Below, in pieces: positions 1 through 14,134 of a stretch of DNA of 64,000 nt. The position numbers were made by a program, and so were the translations under genes. The notes beneath the pieces were generated by a model. The model had not been told where the DNA came from and did not search any database. It saw nothing but the letters and a program-made list of their open reading frames with translations. The stretch's first letter is position 1. Each line of letters starts with the position of its first letter. The stretch lies in the NCBI GenBank assembly GCA_964016885.1, contig OZ024742.1, forward strand, positions 123,938,001 through 124,002,000, given 5' to 3'. Source of the stretch: Eledone cirrhosa. Taxonomy: Eukaryota.

Positions 1-20
1 TATTATTATAATATATATAT

Positions 21-188
21 ATAGGAAAAGAGTCAGGACTCCGATGGCTGAGCAGTTCAGACCTAGCTGTCGAAACGGCCGGGGCTTACCCGTCAGGGTC
101 CTGACTCTTTTTCTATTACCCATTCTTCTACCCATTATCGAGTACTTTGATGCATTATGGTCCACCTGGTTACTTACCACACTTCCTT

Positions 189-190
<2 letters not shown>
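21..190 (+). mobile_element. Short Penelope/retrozyme-like insert in (TA)n with degenerate type I hammerhead
   Basis: Flanked by (TA)n. Long stem 21-41 with 96-116 encloses c-cgatgg ... cgaaac ... gtc (decayed CUGANGA/GAAA/GUC). A related copy lies on the minus strand at about 11443-11580. Confidence 0.55.
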
Positions 191-268
<78 letters not shown>

Positions 269-1479
269 CTTATGTTGGGCTATTTACCAATAAGTAGAAT
301 CGGTGTTTCGGATGGGTAAATGTTCACGCAACAAATTATTTAAAGCACTCAACGTTACGCAAATAATCCATCGTAGATGTGGTGTCCAGTGGTTGGTGCA
401 GAAAATGCGTAAAGTATTCATTAAAACAACAGAAGGCCGGACTGGAAAATTTACTATAGAAATTTAATTCTGCGAAAGCATTCCACATATTTCAATAGCC
501 CAGTTCTATCATCCGATTGTGATGCAAGTCAAGGCAATTTCATCCAGTGTTATTTGCAGAAATATGAAACAGAATTACGTTGAGCCCAAATATCGAATGT
601 AAGTTAGGACAAAGAGAAAACATAGGTGATAAAATATAGAAAATTTTATTCGGGGACAGGCTGCAAACATGGTATTATATCAATAGCAGGTGGTTCCCGT
701 TTGATATTTGATGACATCTTGTTTGCTAGTAGCTATGGTGTAGGAAGTAGGGATTAGGAAGTGGCGACGGAGATATATCCGTCTTAGAGAATGCCATTCA
801 TTAAATATACCCGAGGCTACACTGTCACAGAGATCAAAAGGTACTAATCTGTCTACCTTTATTGTATTTAAAGAGGAACAGAGCTACGTAAAATTTAGAA
901 ATAGAAACAATCATAATAATATTGCCTAGACAATTATATGGGTTTTAAATAGATGTAACATGGCACAAACAATTATAAATGTTGTAAGGTGGCATGGATA
1001 CTTAAAATTATAAGATTAAGGAATTTTCAAAAATAATAAAGTTTAATAGAACTTACAAACATACTGTGCTAAATTTATGTTAAATAAAGAGAATTATTTT
1101 TTTCTTCTTTTACTTGAAATCGCTAGGATTGACAAAAGTACATTATTGGAAGAATGTATGGTTGAAATTATTTCTGAAGTTCAAGTTAAATTTAAACTAA
1201 ACTAAGTTAAATTAAAACCAAAGCTCTTATTGAATCTGTGGTTCACTGAATATTACACAATATTATATTATATCATATATGGAAAGTACTATGCGGTGTA
1301 GTACGATAAAATATATAAAATCAAATGCCATGGACAGATAGAGAAAAGTAAGGAAAGTATAATAACATGCTAAATATATAGAGGAGAAAAATATATGAAA
1401 TATAAAATACGTTATAAAAATAAAATAAAAATAAAAATATTTTAAAGTAGAAATGTGAAATATAATCTCCTAACCAGAC

Positions 1480-3068
1480 ATTTAGAGATTCATTTGATGA
1501 GAGTGTGAGGATCTAGAGATTTATAACTTAGACAACAACAGGTAATTCTTGCGCAACAAACTTATGCGAACTACTGATTAGACTTGTGGCTGGAGTAGAG
1601 CACCAACCAGGTAGAGGGTGACGTGGTGGTGGAACAGCTAAGTGGATATAACAATTAAAGCCAAGAGATAGGAGCATGGAAATATTTCAAAACTGGGGGT
1701 AGTAGAGATCGCTAGCAGGTAGCTAAGAGAGAAGCTAGACGACAGTTATACGCAGTTCTGAGCGAGGTTGAAGAAAAATAGTTTCCTAAAGTCCTGAACA
1801 GTCAGGATCAGAGACGAGAAGTGTCCTGCATTGCAAAGCAGTGTGACAGTATAAATTGTGATGTCGTTGGGGAAAGGTGTGTTAGCAATGACACCGGTGC
1901 ATTTAACACCATTAATGCTCAAAAGAAAGAAATGCTACTATAAGAGACTGATGGTTGTAGAGAATGAACCAGAGGAAGAGAAACTACCTACAAACAACCC
2001 AAGAGAATGGCGATCCATTGAAGTTTAGAGTTATAGGATTAAAGAAGCAATACTTGTGATGAAAATGATAAAACTACGGGACTAGTTATAGCGCAAATAA
2101 TTAGTCAAATTAGACGAGATACGATTTGGTTTCATGCCTGGAAAAGTAGTACAGATACCCTTGTTTAAGTGCGGCAGCTCCAAGAGAATTTCCTAGCCAA
2201 AAATAAGTGATTATACATAGCTTTCATTCATCTAGAAAAGGTCTTTGACAGAGTACCTCAATATTTTATATGGTGGTTCTTAAGGAAATTTAGTGTAAAA
2301 TAATGGTTGGTGAGAGCAGTGTAAGACATATACAGAGTAGATGTCAGCAAAGTGAGAGAAGGAAGTTAGATTAGTGAGGAATTCAAGTTACAGGAAAGTG
2401 TTCATCCGGATTCAGATCTTTTTCCATTATAGTTCTCCAAGCTATATCAGAGGAGTTGAAGACCGGTCGGCCTTTTGTACATCTCTATGCAGAATATCTG
2501 GCCCTTATATCCGAATCCATTAAAGAAATAGGAGATAATTTCAAACTATAGAAACAGGATTTGTAATAAAAAGTTCTCTGAGTAGACTTAATCATAATCT
2601 AAGTGCTAGTGAATAGGAGAGAAGATAGGATCCTGATTCCTTCAAGAAAGTGGCCTTACTCGATATGTAGAAAGAGAGAAGGCAGACATTCCATACGACG
2701 TGCTCAATGTAAATCTAGGATACACAAGTGATGTAGTGAGATATATGGTAGATTAATAGGAAGGGAATGCTTTGTATGTAAACGATGCAAATGTTAACCG
2801 AGGGGAAGTGTGCCAGTGATGTAAACCTATTCCAGTAACAGGAAGTATCCATAGAAGTGGTTGATAGATTACACTATCTAGGAGACACAATTAGCAAAGG
2901 AGGGCGGTGGGGTTGCTCTGAGAGCATAATAGCTAGAATAAAGATAGGATGGATCAGATTTAGAGAGCTATTCCCACTGTTGACCCCTAAACATTTCTCC
3001 CTACATACAAATGTACGAATGTATGACGCCCGTGTGCGATGCATGATTCTTCAAGTTAGGGAGACATG

Positions 3069-3072
<4 letters not shown>
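1480..3072 (+). mobile_element. Degenerate RTE-clade LINE (RT region)
   Basis: Broken frames with RTE-like motifs: FGFMPG, FIHLEKVFDRVP, LYA, YLGDTI..GGC, 'RIKIGWIRFRELFPLL', 'MYDARVRCMILQVRETWA'. Ends at (TA)n. Confidence 0.8.
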
Positions 3073-3135
<63 letters not shown>

Positions 3136-3139
<4 letters not shown>

Positions 3140-3365
3140 GGTAGGACACTGGAAGGTAATATCCGTAGTGGTAGAGCACTCAGTCCATGGGACGAATTAG
3201 GTAGAAGTGGTAACACAACGGTTAGTTTACCATACCGAGAACAATTGTTTCACCTTAGCGGATTTTCAGCTCGTACTGGTCATTGCTATACGGAACTGTT
3301 CCGTATAACCATGACTAAGGTGAAACAATTGTTCTCGGTATGGTGAACTAACCGTTGTGTTAGCA

Positions 3366-3367
<2 letters not shown>
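3136..3367. mobile_element. Short fold-back insert between (GA)n and (TA)n
   Basis: About 48-bp inverted arms (3211-3258 / 3315-3362) enclosing an inner hairpin gtcattgctatacggaac/gttccgtataaccatgac. Confidence 0.7.
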
Positions 3368-3448
<81 letters not shown>

Positions 3449-3451
<3 letters not shown>

Positions 3452-3852
3452 AGGGTGTTAAAGTTTGCTTGAAGCATTGTGAAATGTGTAAAATACGTAT
3501 TTAAGAAAGCCACAACAATGCAGAGGGAAATCTCGAGGTAGGAAGTGAAAGATAGATAGGAAAAACAGGTGAAAGTGAAAATTGAGAGAGACAAAGATGA
3601 AAACAAAACAAAGGTAGAAGGGTTACCGTAGTAGAGATTTAATCCCAATATTTCGGGCTCACGCAACTTTCCCCCGTTGATGGGCGTGAGCCCGAAATAT
3701 TGGGATTAAATCTCTACTACGGTAACCCTTCTACCTTTGTTTTGTTTTCATCTTTGTCTCTCTCAATTTTCACTTTCACCTGTTTTTCCTATCTATCTTT
3801 CACTTCCTACCTCGAGATTTCCCTCTGCATTGTTGTGGCTTTCTTAAATACG

Positions 3853-3859
<7 letters not shown>
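3449..3859. mobile_element. Fold-back insert in (TA)n with 176-bp apparently perfect inverted arms
   Basis: Arms 3489-3664 and 3684-3859, 19-nt loop. The ORF track gives identical peptides on both strands. Decayed hammerhead ttgatg-ggcgtgagccc-gaaa-tat spans the loop and the start of the right arm. Confidence 0.85.
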
Positions 3860-3888
<29 letters not shown>

Positions 3889-4107
3889 GATATTAAACAA
3901 ATGGAAACTATATTTATAAAACCATATTTATTTCGTTATATATATTTCTGGGATATCATATTAAAAATATGTTATGCCTTCCTCAGACAAAATACAATAC
4001 ACAAGCTGTTTTATAAATAATTTTGACATACCTTATAATAATGCAACTTCCATTTAAAAAGTTGATTTGGTTACTCGTTGTAACCCAACAATTTTAAATA
4101 TAACTTT

Positions 4108-4160
<53 letters not shown>

Positions 4161-4194
4161 AAATAGAGAAATTAATGTAAGCAAGAAGCCAACA

Positions 4195-4236
<42 letters not shown>

Positions 4237-4499
4237 CATGTGTGTGTGTGGGTGGGTGTGTGCGTGCGTGTGTGTGTGTATGTGTGTGTGTGTGTATGTG
4301 TGTGTGTGTGTGCGTGTGTGGGTGCGTGTGTGGGTATGTGTGAATATGTGTGTGAATGTGTGTGAGTTTGTGTGTTGAAATCACTAACTAAACTATTCTA
4401 GTTAGTAACAAACTCGGAATTGGCATTTTCTTTGTTTGTGTGTATGTTTGTATGTATGTACGTGTAACGTCCGGACTAGTTTCCTCTACCTATCTTACT

Positions 4500-4710
4500 C
4501 TCCGCTAGAGGGCAAATTGTCCAAGAATGCGCCGCTCTTTGATAGGTCTGTTATAGAGCCTGTAGCAGTAGAGATCTCTGGAGCTCTTGACCCCCTGTCC
4601 ATATTCCTGCTTACGGATGTAGGAGTGGAGTGTGCCTGCGTATTTTATTACTTTTCTCTGATTCTGAAGTGCATCTAGAACAGGAAAAATACCTTGTACT
4701 ATTTCGTGTA
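4500..4710 (+). mobile_element. CRE/RLE-type non-LTR endonuclease remnant
   Basis: 'EPVAVEISGALDPLSIFLLTDVG' resembles the C-terminal P(I/V)AVETxGxxG motif of CRE-like restriction-like endonucleases. Confidence 0.4.
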
Positions 4711-5402
4711 CTCTTTTGATTCTAATATTTTCTCATATTACCTAATAATCTGATCAACATTTTACTGACACGACGAAAGGCGACCTTCGAAATTGGGTTC
4801 ATCTCTGGTCATAAAACAAATTAAATTTAATTAATTATTCTCTCAAACATACTCTTTGAATCTATGAGGATGGAATACTATATGTGTCACTAATGCTATC
4901 CTGTTTTCTCCTTAAATTTACCACTCCTTTTGTTTTCTGCTTTTTTGTCCTGTATCTCCTGAATCTATCTTAGGGGCGTCGTAGTCACATACGGGATTTC
5001 AAGGGTATTTTAAAACTTTGCAGAGCCCATCTTCTTTCCCGGTTTGAACAAAGCAGATTTCTCCCAGTGAAGGATATAGTGTGTTAGAGTTTGAAAGTGA
5101 AAAAGAGATATAAAGGAATAATCAACCCCATAAATAGACAGGTACATTTTTATCGACATCGAATTGATGCAAGCCAAATTTGACCTTGGGGGTGGGTTGA
5201 GATCAGAGAGTAGAAAGCCGGAATGAATACTCATACTAGTAAGCTAAATTCGTATTCATACCCCCCCATGTTCTTCTTTATTGACCAGCATTTTACTTAC
5301 TGAATCCTGAAATTATTCGGTTGTTACTTAAAGTTACCAGTCGTAGCCATTTTGATGCAAATAAAATGTGTCATGTCACTATATCATAGTTTAAGGGAGA
5401 TA

Positions 5403-6390
5403 TATTGGAAATATCTGTAGAGCGTCGGATAACATTCTTTGTGGTTTGTAGTTACGGCCCATTACACTGAGTTTAACTTTGCCTTTCATCCTTACGGGAT
5501 CAATGAAATAAAGTACCTGTCACACGTTGGTGTTGATTTAATCGACCTCTATCACCACCCACCCTCCAAAATATATACAAACATTGTTGTCTTTGTGTCT
5601 TATCAGAAGCCATTATATCATGTTTCAAAATTGAGCTTCTCTAATGCTCCTTTCGCCAGATTTGAAATCATATTTAGATGGAGCATATCTAAATTGTGAA
5701 ATACTTTCAATTTATTATTTGTACTATTTCTCCTGCCATTTGACACATGCAAAATATTTGATTCGCACCTGAATTTTGTTTATTAGTCGTATAGATAAGC
5801 TAATGTGTCTATAATTACAATAGAATTTCTCATATTTTTTTCTGAGAGTAAAGGTCGATCATTTCAAAGATTTGCAACGTGTAATTATTAAATATATGTG
5901 GAATTTCATAAAAATGTTAAGTTTATTATCATTTATTATTATTGCGTTAGACACCATGCTTTGCAATGTAGTATTATGGCCCTTTACATTCAGAGTTCAA
6001 ATCCCGCCGAGGTTAACTTTGCCTTTCATCCTTACGAAGTCGATAAAATGAAATACCACTAATGCATTTGGGTCGATGTATTCGACTTTCCTTTCCACTT
6101 CAAATTGCTGGCCTTGTGCAATCATTATTATTATTATTATTATAATTATAATTGGCAATATAGCAATCATTATTATTATTATTATTATAATTGGATTAGC
6201 AGTATCGGAAAAGGGTCGGATGCCAAGCTTTGCACTATTTAGTCTGCGTTCAAATCCAGCCGAGGTTAACTTTGCCCTTCATCCTTACGGGCTCGATAAA
6301 ATAAAGTACCAGTAATGCACTGGGGTCGATTTATTCGACTTTCCTCTCCCCCAAAAATCTGGCCTTGTGCCTATATAAGAAACCATTATT
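5403..6390 (+). mobile_element. Three tandem copies of the tRNA-derived SINE (about 5403-5617, 5946-6121, 6191-6386)
   Basis: B-box gagttcaaatcc in two copies, core ttaactttgcctttcatccttacggg..cgataaaat, 3' ggccttgtgcc...gaaac followed by ATT repeats. Confidence 0.85.
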
Positions 6391-7544
6391 ATTATGCACT
6401 TTTGATAACATTTATTGAATATATATATCATCTAATATTGACGCCTGTTTAAAAGAAATTAATAATTTTGAACATAATTTGCATTCGCATCGTAAAGTCT
6501 ACATCGCATACTCAAAAGCTGCAAAATGTCTCTCGTCATAATTTGTTTGAGAATAATTAAGTTATCATATAACGTAATCACGAGGCAATTGAAAATTAAA
6601 TGAAATAGTTTCGCATTCTTTAACTTTATTTGATTTTAAAAACAAGGACTAATAACATATCCTGTGAATTCTTATCCGAAGAAAGTGTTCGTGTGATATA
6701 AAGGATATATAAAGAATAACAAAGTAAGCAAGCAAGATCATCGGGTTAGTTTTATACATTAAATACTATATCTAAGCCACCATTTAAAATTTATATTTGA
6801 AATATTCACTGAAAAGCATATAGCTTTTGATCAATTCTATAAAATGCCCAATAATATGTTAGATTTTTCTTGGTATACTCTATCAGTTAATTTGCACCTT
6901 ATCAAGATCTTCAAAGCATAATTGTATTATATCGGTGTATTGGGCGTATGTTATATTTTATGTTCGCTGTATATAATATTACTACTATCTCTAAGTTGCA
7001 TATATACACACCTTATGTGGATTTTCCAACGAATTTGCTTGAATCACTCGTAATAATTCCCAAAATAACTATCATATTTCCCCTATTAAAAAACAAGTCT
7101 TACATTATTTTTCTTTCAAAAAATGGTACTAGGTATAATAATTTTGCACAAAACAATAACTGCACAAGAGATTTGATAAAATTATCGCATATCTTAAATT
7201 ATCAACATAAAGGATTTATATTATAGAGTTAAAAATAATATCATGAACATATTCAGTAATCAAAATTGTGGAAATCTGAATTTTATATTATTTTTTATAT
7301 TAATTTTTCTTGTTAAAATGTTCTAGAACTTATTTTCGGGGAAAGGTTTATATTAGGCAGCAACTAAAAAATCATACTATAAACCCTACTCATTGACGTA
7401 TGTCTTATAATAAGCGAAAGGCAATGTTATATCTTGGGGATTGATTGTTTATTTACACTCACCGTATTCTAAATATAATTATTTTCCATCTATTTATATT
7501 TTAGTTTTAACACATTTTACTGTGTTCTTAATTAATTTTCTTAG

Positions 7545-8700
7545 GTTCAAAGTTGTCATTGCACTATAATTTGAAAGACCCACTGGCATATCTTTGATAT
7601 AAACCAGAGCCGTGTCTCAGTCTGTTTACCATCTCCGGCAAGTATTATAAGGTTGCCTGTTGTGTAACTTTCCGTAGATTTTGAATCCAAGTCCATGTTT
7701 AACAAATTTGGTATGTGTGCTAATCCCACAGAAAATCAGCTTCTTGTATGGATGTCGTTAGCTTCATAATTTCTTCGTTTGTTTGTATCGGCACAATTTT
7801 GTATCTGCAAAATTGATCACGATTTGTATTTAGTTGTGATGTGTTTAAATGAAATACTTGCTATTCGTAAAAAAATTGTGGTTAATGATTCATGTATCTA
7901 GCGTGGAAAGCTGGTAACGTGATTTCTGGTAGTCATGCAATGCCATACAAAACCACGTATCATTGTTTTGACTGCTTGCTGTATTTTGTTTGTCTCCGTA
8001 ATTGATATTTACACCCATGTAAGTCTTGTAATTCACACTCATCTGGGAATCCTTTCTTTTTTCAGTTAATTATATATCATTTGTGATAATACTGCGCTTA
8101 AAGCATTAATTGCTGTGGAAAGGCAGTTTATGAGTGTGCAGTATTTAAATATTGCTGTAATTAAATTATTGCTTGAAGAGGATTTCCACGCCGTGTGCCG
8201 TTCGACTGTTCTTTCAATATGCCCCTAATTATTTTTTGTTAGAACATCATATGAGCTTGTTAACTTTTACAGCCGGGAGTTTGAGATTTTATACTTCACT
8301 TTTGAAATCCATTTAGTTGTCGAATTTTAGTATCTGTGCTAATTCCTGAAAATGTATGGCCTTCTACGAATGTTCTGCAGCTGCGTTCATTATTTGGAAC
8401 CACCTCATCCTTTCTATTTACGCTCTGGTCATAAACCTTTTATTGATGTTTGTTGCCAGGATTGTGATAAAATCATTTAAGTTAGAGTCCATCCGTTACC
8501 TTTTGTTTTTGACATTTTCTTGGGATGTTCTTTGATTTTCGCTAGTTTTATTTTACATATTATCTTCCCATATCACTCATTTTGACTTTAATGGAATCTT
8601 TTCCATGTCGATTCCATTAGGATTAAGGAATATTTTACATCATTTTCTATATTTTTGGCAAGATGTTTTTCTTTACAATATTAGCTTATGCTTTGGCCTT
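7545..8700 (-). mobile_element. Highly degenerate LINE remnant (probably RTE)
   Basis: Minus-strand coding-like, A-rich composition with broken RT N-terminal-like segments. No intact ORF. Confidence 0.35.
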
Positions 8701-8902
8701 CATATATAAGTACAATTAACAGCTATCGGTATTGTGTGTTTATGAAACATATCTAACATCATATACGGTTGAAATTTCTGTCATGTTTTAAATAATATTT
8801 ATATGCATAAATTCAAATTCAAATATACATGAATGTAGATATCAGATTATTATTTTGAATTCATTATAGAATTATGAAATCATACCAAATTATAACAAAA
8901 AT

Positions 8903-9087
8903 TGTTTCTACTTTTGGCACAAGGCCAGCAATTACCTAGTACATTACTGGTACTTTATTTTATCGACCCCGTAAGGATGACAGGCAAGTTAACCTCGGCG
9001 GGATTTGAACTCACAATGGCAAGGGCCGTAACTCTATGCGTCAAAGCATGGCGTCCGACCCTATACCGATACTGCCAATCCACCGCC
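8903..9087 (-). mobile_element. tRNA-derived SINE, full length
   Basis: A-box tggcagtatcgg and B-box gagttcaaatcc. 14-bp TSD attataacaa(a/t)aat at 8889-8902 and 9088-9101. Confidence 0.9.
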
Positions 9088-9111
9088 ATTATAACAATAA
9101 TGTTAAGTAGT

Positions 9112-9277
9112 CAATCTCGAGCCCAGAGGCTCATCAGGCCGGGGCTTATCCCGGTTTCCCGGCCGTTAACCGACTGAGAGTACAACCAACCCCCATGACA
9201 TGAAGCCAGTATATCGTAAGGTTAAACCCCAGCTACTGCTAGTACTCATTTTCAGCTGAATATACGGGAGCAACGTC
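9112..9277 (-). mobile_element. Second SINE family, 3' part (Deu/V-SINE-like body)
   Basis: Minus strand cgttgctcc..ttcagctgaaaatgagtac...gaaaccgggataagccccggcctgatgagcc resembles conserved metazoan SINE core and tail sequence. Confidence 0.55.
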
Positions 9278-9279
9278 TA

Positions 9280-9925
9280 CAGAGGCTGGATCACTTCAAT
9301 GCACAGCGGCATCGACTCGGTGGTCAAATTTAATGACCATATTTTGGAACCGTTTCAGATCTCCTAATCGGTCCGCCAAAGGTGCGCCCTCTCTCCTCCC
9401 TTCTGTATGTATTGACTCTCGAGGTTTTACTGCGGAAGCTAAAGGTGTTGCAGGGCATTTCGCTCTGGTCAGGGCGCGGAAAGGCTGTGTCGCCATATGC
9501 AGATGACATCACAGTGATGGTGTCAGACACACGCAGAGGGCTGGGCTTGCCGTGGCTAATGATGTGCAAACATACGCGGAGGCTGCGGCCTCTCCAAATA
9601 TTCTGCCTAAACGGCAAACCATTGTGGTCTCCATTTGTGATCTGCAATCCTGGGTCAAGAAAAGACCGAGACTGGGTGCCTGGCATCTGGATTGTTGTCA
9701 GGCGTTCACTGTCTTCTACTAGACGGACATTGTGGTCAATTGAACCTACACTTTTGAGTTCTATAGAGGATTAGTGGTGCAAAAGAGTGACTATGCATTC
9801 AGAGAGGCTCAGGGCGTCGACCAAGTTAAATTGACAGCCTGTTCTTTAGGACTTACGAGGACTGTCCCTGTCTTTTTATACTTCCCCTATATGTAGGCCC
9901 CAGTGGCCAATAATGAAATTATTGT
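9280..9925 (+). mobile_element. Internally deleted Tx1-clade LINE fragment with intact 3' end
   Basis: 'LSSLLYVLTLEVLLRKL...GKAVSPYADDITVMVSDT' and 'GLGLPWLM' match ORF2 of the 45-52 kb element. 3' end cccctatatgtaggccccagtggccaataatgaaa followed by (TTA/TTG)n. Confidence 0.9.
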
Positions 9926-9968
9926 TATTGTTGTTGTTATTGTTGTTGTTATTATTATTAATATTATT

Positions 9969-11025
9969 GACGGTGGATTGGCAGTATCGCTAGAGGGTCG
10001 AACGTCATGCTTTCCAGCATAGTGACGTCCCTTTACGGTCTGAGTTCAAATCCCGCCGAGGTTGACTTTGCCTTTCATCCTTACGGGGTCGATAAAATAA
10101 AGTACAAGTAATGTACTCGATAATTACTGGCCTTGTGCCTAAAGTAGAAACAATTATTATTGATATTATTATTGTTGTATGGCTGTATCGGTAGAGCGTC
10201 CGACACCATATTTCACGGCATAGAATCACGGTCCTTTACGTTCTTATTTCAAATCCCATCACGGTTAGCTTAGCTTTTAATCATTACGGGGTCGATAAAT
10301 AAAGCACCAGTAATGCACTGAGGTCGATTTAATCAACTATCCCTTCCCCTTCAAATTGCTGGCCTTATACCTAAAGTAGACACAATTATTTACATATTTG
10401 TAAGTTGATCATTCAGTATTTAATCAAAATTAAATGCTGTTCGGAGGTCGTTGACAAAATCACAATGAATCAAATATAGCAAATTCCTAGACATAACAAA
10501 ATATGAAATATAAAATAGAAATTAATCTGTAATTAAAAATTTAGTTAAAACTTAATTTCAAAATTAATTGAAACGAAAACAATAATATTAGCTACAATTC
10601 CAACGAAAACAATGTTTTTTTCTTTTCGGTTCTAATAATTTGCAATATAGTAATAATTTAAAACTGATTAACATTGATTGAAAGAATTTGTAGCATATAT
10701 TGTAATACGATACGAGAATAGAGTTTCCTAGACATGTCTTTGAATGCTGTTACGTTGCTGGATATATGATGTAATATAAATAATACAGATTTTTCTGGAA
10801 TGTTTAATAAATAAGAAATATATCAGACCTGTCACAGCAATATGATTATTAAGTAGTAACGCAAGGGCAGGGGGATGGCAGTATCGGTAGAGGGAGGGGC
10901 AACATATTTGTTGTTATCTTTGCCTGACGACGTCGATAAAATAAGTACCAGTAGCGCACTGGGCCAATTTAATCGGCTTGGACCCACCCAAATTGTTGGC
11001 ATTGTACTTAAATTAGAAACAATTA
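9969..11025 (+). mobile_element. Three SINE copies (about 9969-10152, 10181-10385, 10866-11022)
   Basis: Same A-box/B-box/core/3' hairpin as the other copies. The first two sit in the ATT-rich tail of the Tx1 fragment. Confidence 0.85.
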
Positions 11026-11442
11026 TGTAGCAATGTACATGAGGTCTTGATTTAAATATATATATTCCTACACTGCTATATAGGGTTGAACGTCACCTTA
11101 TATTCCATTTTTGGTGAATTAGTGCACAATTTTATTTATTATCAGCATATTTTCAATGCAAGCCCGTCCAATACGCCAGATGTCATTATGGACACACCCA
11201 TTGCACACATTCACGTACACACTCTAAGAAGTAGATATTTCCGATGGATTTACACTAGGATCGAAGTATTTTACCTGTCTCATATCAACATGCCCACAAA
11301 ATCACCTCACATAATTGTGTTAACATATGGTATCACACCGGTGCCAGTTGCTGATCAAATAATTACCTAATAACTACCACCATTATGTAATTGAAATGCT
11401 TTTAAACATCTGTCTTTACGTTATTTCATATATATATATATA

Positions 11443-11590
11443 TAAAGAAATTGTTGTTGTTAGGAACCAGATGGACCATAACGCACCAGAGTACTCAATA
11501 CTTAGGGTAGTAGAGTGGGTAATATCAACATACTCAGGACCCTGACAGGCAGTTTCGATAACTAGATCCGAACTAAGCCACCAATATTAG
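11443..11590 (-). mobile_element. Copy of the (TA)n insert family seen at 21-190
   Basis: Reverse complement aligns with 45-190 (tagttcggatctagttatcgaaac..gtcagggtcctga...tgcgttatggtccatctggtt). 3' end abuts (TA)n. Confidence 0.7.
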
Positions 11591-11762
11591 AACGGTGGGA
11601 TATCAAGTGGTACAGTCAAGTGGTACAGTCCGTATATGGGCATGCAGTCAAAACCAAAAAAGCAAAAAAATTCTTACAAAATTCCTAAATGTTTGTTGGT
11701 TTTCTTGTCTGACATGGGGAGTGGTCAGTGATATGTGTGTGTGTGTGGGTGGGTGTGGGCGT

Positions 11763-11801
<39 letters not shown>

Positions 11802-13747
11802 GTGTGTGTATGTGTCTGTGTATGTGAATATACGAGATAAATGTGTGATTCAGAATACATCCCTACGTTTAATGCAATTTAGCTATGCACAAGCCATACG
11901 TAAAATTGAAAGATTATAGAAACGTTTCTCAAAACACTAATCATTAATCATATATTTGGGAACTCAGCAGAAACTAACAGTTATTTAGGGAACAAACATA
12001 TCCCTGATTGTGTAAATCAATAACATAGACAATCCTTAAATTACACATGAATGGGACATGCACATAGTTCTGTTCATGTAACTTCTACCTGCATAGATCA
12101 ATTGACATGGCATATTCAGTTACATTAAGAAATTGCTCGCCGAAAACAAAACCATTCATTCTAATTGCTTCTGACTACAATGTCATATTGGTCTGTAGTT
12201 TTCGACACTGAGTAGTAATAGTTAGGGAATAACCACCAATTCACGTTCTGAAAAGGATTATATTCAATTTGCAAGAACATTTAGATTCTCGTTCCAAAAA
12301 TTCCATAGTAAAGCAGCAAATGCTTTGGGTATAACACAAATAGTGTTCAGTTTAAAATAAAAAAAAACACTTTTTGTGATGCTTAATGTTTTTTTGTAGA
12401 TGTGAAGGAAAGAAGTTTGATTCAGGACTTTATCCTTTATGGTTCGTTTCCCTTATCCTCACTTTGGGCAAATTCCTCTTATGCATTCGCGGCACTCCCC
12501 TGAAAATGATCATTTGTGTTACCGTTTCTGAGTTAATGTATGTAAGAAATGTCTACTGATATTCCAAAATATATTCAATATATTTTGGAATATGAATTCA
12601 TTTCACCACATTTAGATATACGCAATCATACACACACTTAAATACATATACGGTCATATACATACACACAATTAAATATGTACAAGGCAATCATACACAT
12701 GCACACACTTAAATATATAAAATCATACTTAGAAACACGCTAAATATATACAGTCATACTTACAAACACACTTAAATATATACAACCACACACACACGCT
12801 TAAATATATACAGGCACACATACGCTTATATATATATATATATAATTATATCTAGACACACTCAGACACGCTTATACATATACACTCATACGCATCCACA
12901 CATGGACAAACTTGGACGTCAGAGTGTCACTATGGCATTTAAGCTGAAACATCAGAAAATATAGTAGTATTGTAAAAGTTATAACAGCTAGAATTATGCT
13001 ATACATTTGTATGTGAGCACAGAGCATGTTACTGGATTTAGATTATTTGTTCTAACTTGCAAGATCGTCAGGATGCATAAAAATAAGTAACCAATCGAAT
13101 GAAGATTCTTAGAAGGAAATTATATATTGCTATAATCAACTGTTTCTCTGAGACCATGCTGGGAAAATATTCTTACAAAGATTTAAACAATGGAAAGCTG
13201 CTTGACAAATTATACACTAAATTCATGAAAACTACTGTATCAGCAATTATTTTAGAAAGGAAATCTTTGGCGAAGGAGGATAGCAATTTCCTGGTCAGTA
13301 GCCGTACCAACTCTCCCCCTGACACATTCACTTTCAAGCACAATCACAATCAATCTACATACACATGCAAACACAGATTTTTACAGTCACTCGAATCTAC
13401 TGCTGCACATAAAGCTGCTATGGCTAGTGTTAAATGAAAGCTTAGTAAATAATATAGTATGAAGTACTGAACAAAAGGAAGGTAAATTCCAGTTTAAGCG
13501 GCAAACACTCATTACACAAATATCTCACACTACCTCTCTCTTTCTCACCACATTTGATTCCGTTCGGTAGCGTATTTTCAATTTTAAAACATTCTTATCT
13601 CATCTTATATTGAATTCATAGACCTCATGGCGAAGTTTTAGTTAGACGACAATAAATATAACTACTTTAATACAAATCTATGTCTGTCTGTCTCTCTCTT
13701 TCCCAACACATACTCACACACACACACTCACACACATTTACACACAC

Positions 13748-13799
<52 letters not shown>

Positions 13800-13803
13800 T
13801 AAT

Positions 13804-13981
13804 TGTTTCTACTTTTGGCACAAGACCAACAATTACCCAGTGCATCATTGTTACTTTATTTTATCGACCCTGTAAGGATGAAAGGCAAAGTTAACCTCGA
13901 CGGGATTTGAGCTCAGAACGTAAAGGGATGTAACTATGCTAGAAAGCATGGCATCCAACCCTCTACCGATACTGCCAATTC
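13804..13981 (-). mobile_element. tRNA-derived SINE
   Basis: Near-complete family consensus on the minus strand. Confidence 0.9.
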
Positions 13982-14134
13982 ATTAATAAGTTGACGGGAC
14001 TAGTATAAGCTTTCCCTACTAGTACCGGTTGCATCTCAGCGTACTCAATAGGAAAAGTCATGTAAACAAATCCTAGCGTAGACACCAAGTTATTTGCATC
14101 AATACAACACAAAAACATGGGTACATAAATTCAT

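Noticed and set aside
265-900. Possible host exon or transposase fragment
   Set aside because: The frames I read contain stops and no recognisable motif.
9112-9165. CTGATGA-gcctctgggctc-gaga on the minus strand as a hammerhead
   Set aside because: No GAAA/helix III/NUH in the right order. It lies in an ordinary SINE tail.
11930-13440. Coding-like segments, including the 112-aa ORF at 13099-13437
   Set aside because: No recognisable domain or convincing splice sites. Probably decayed TE.
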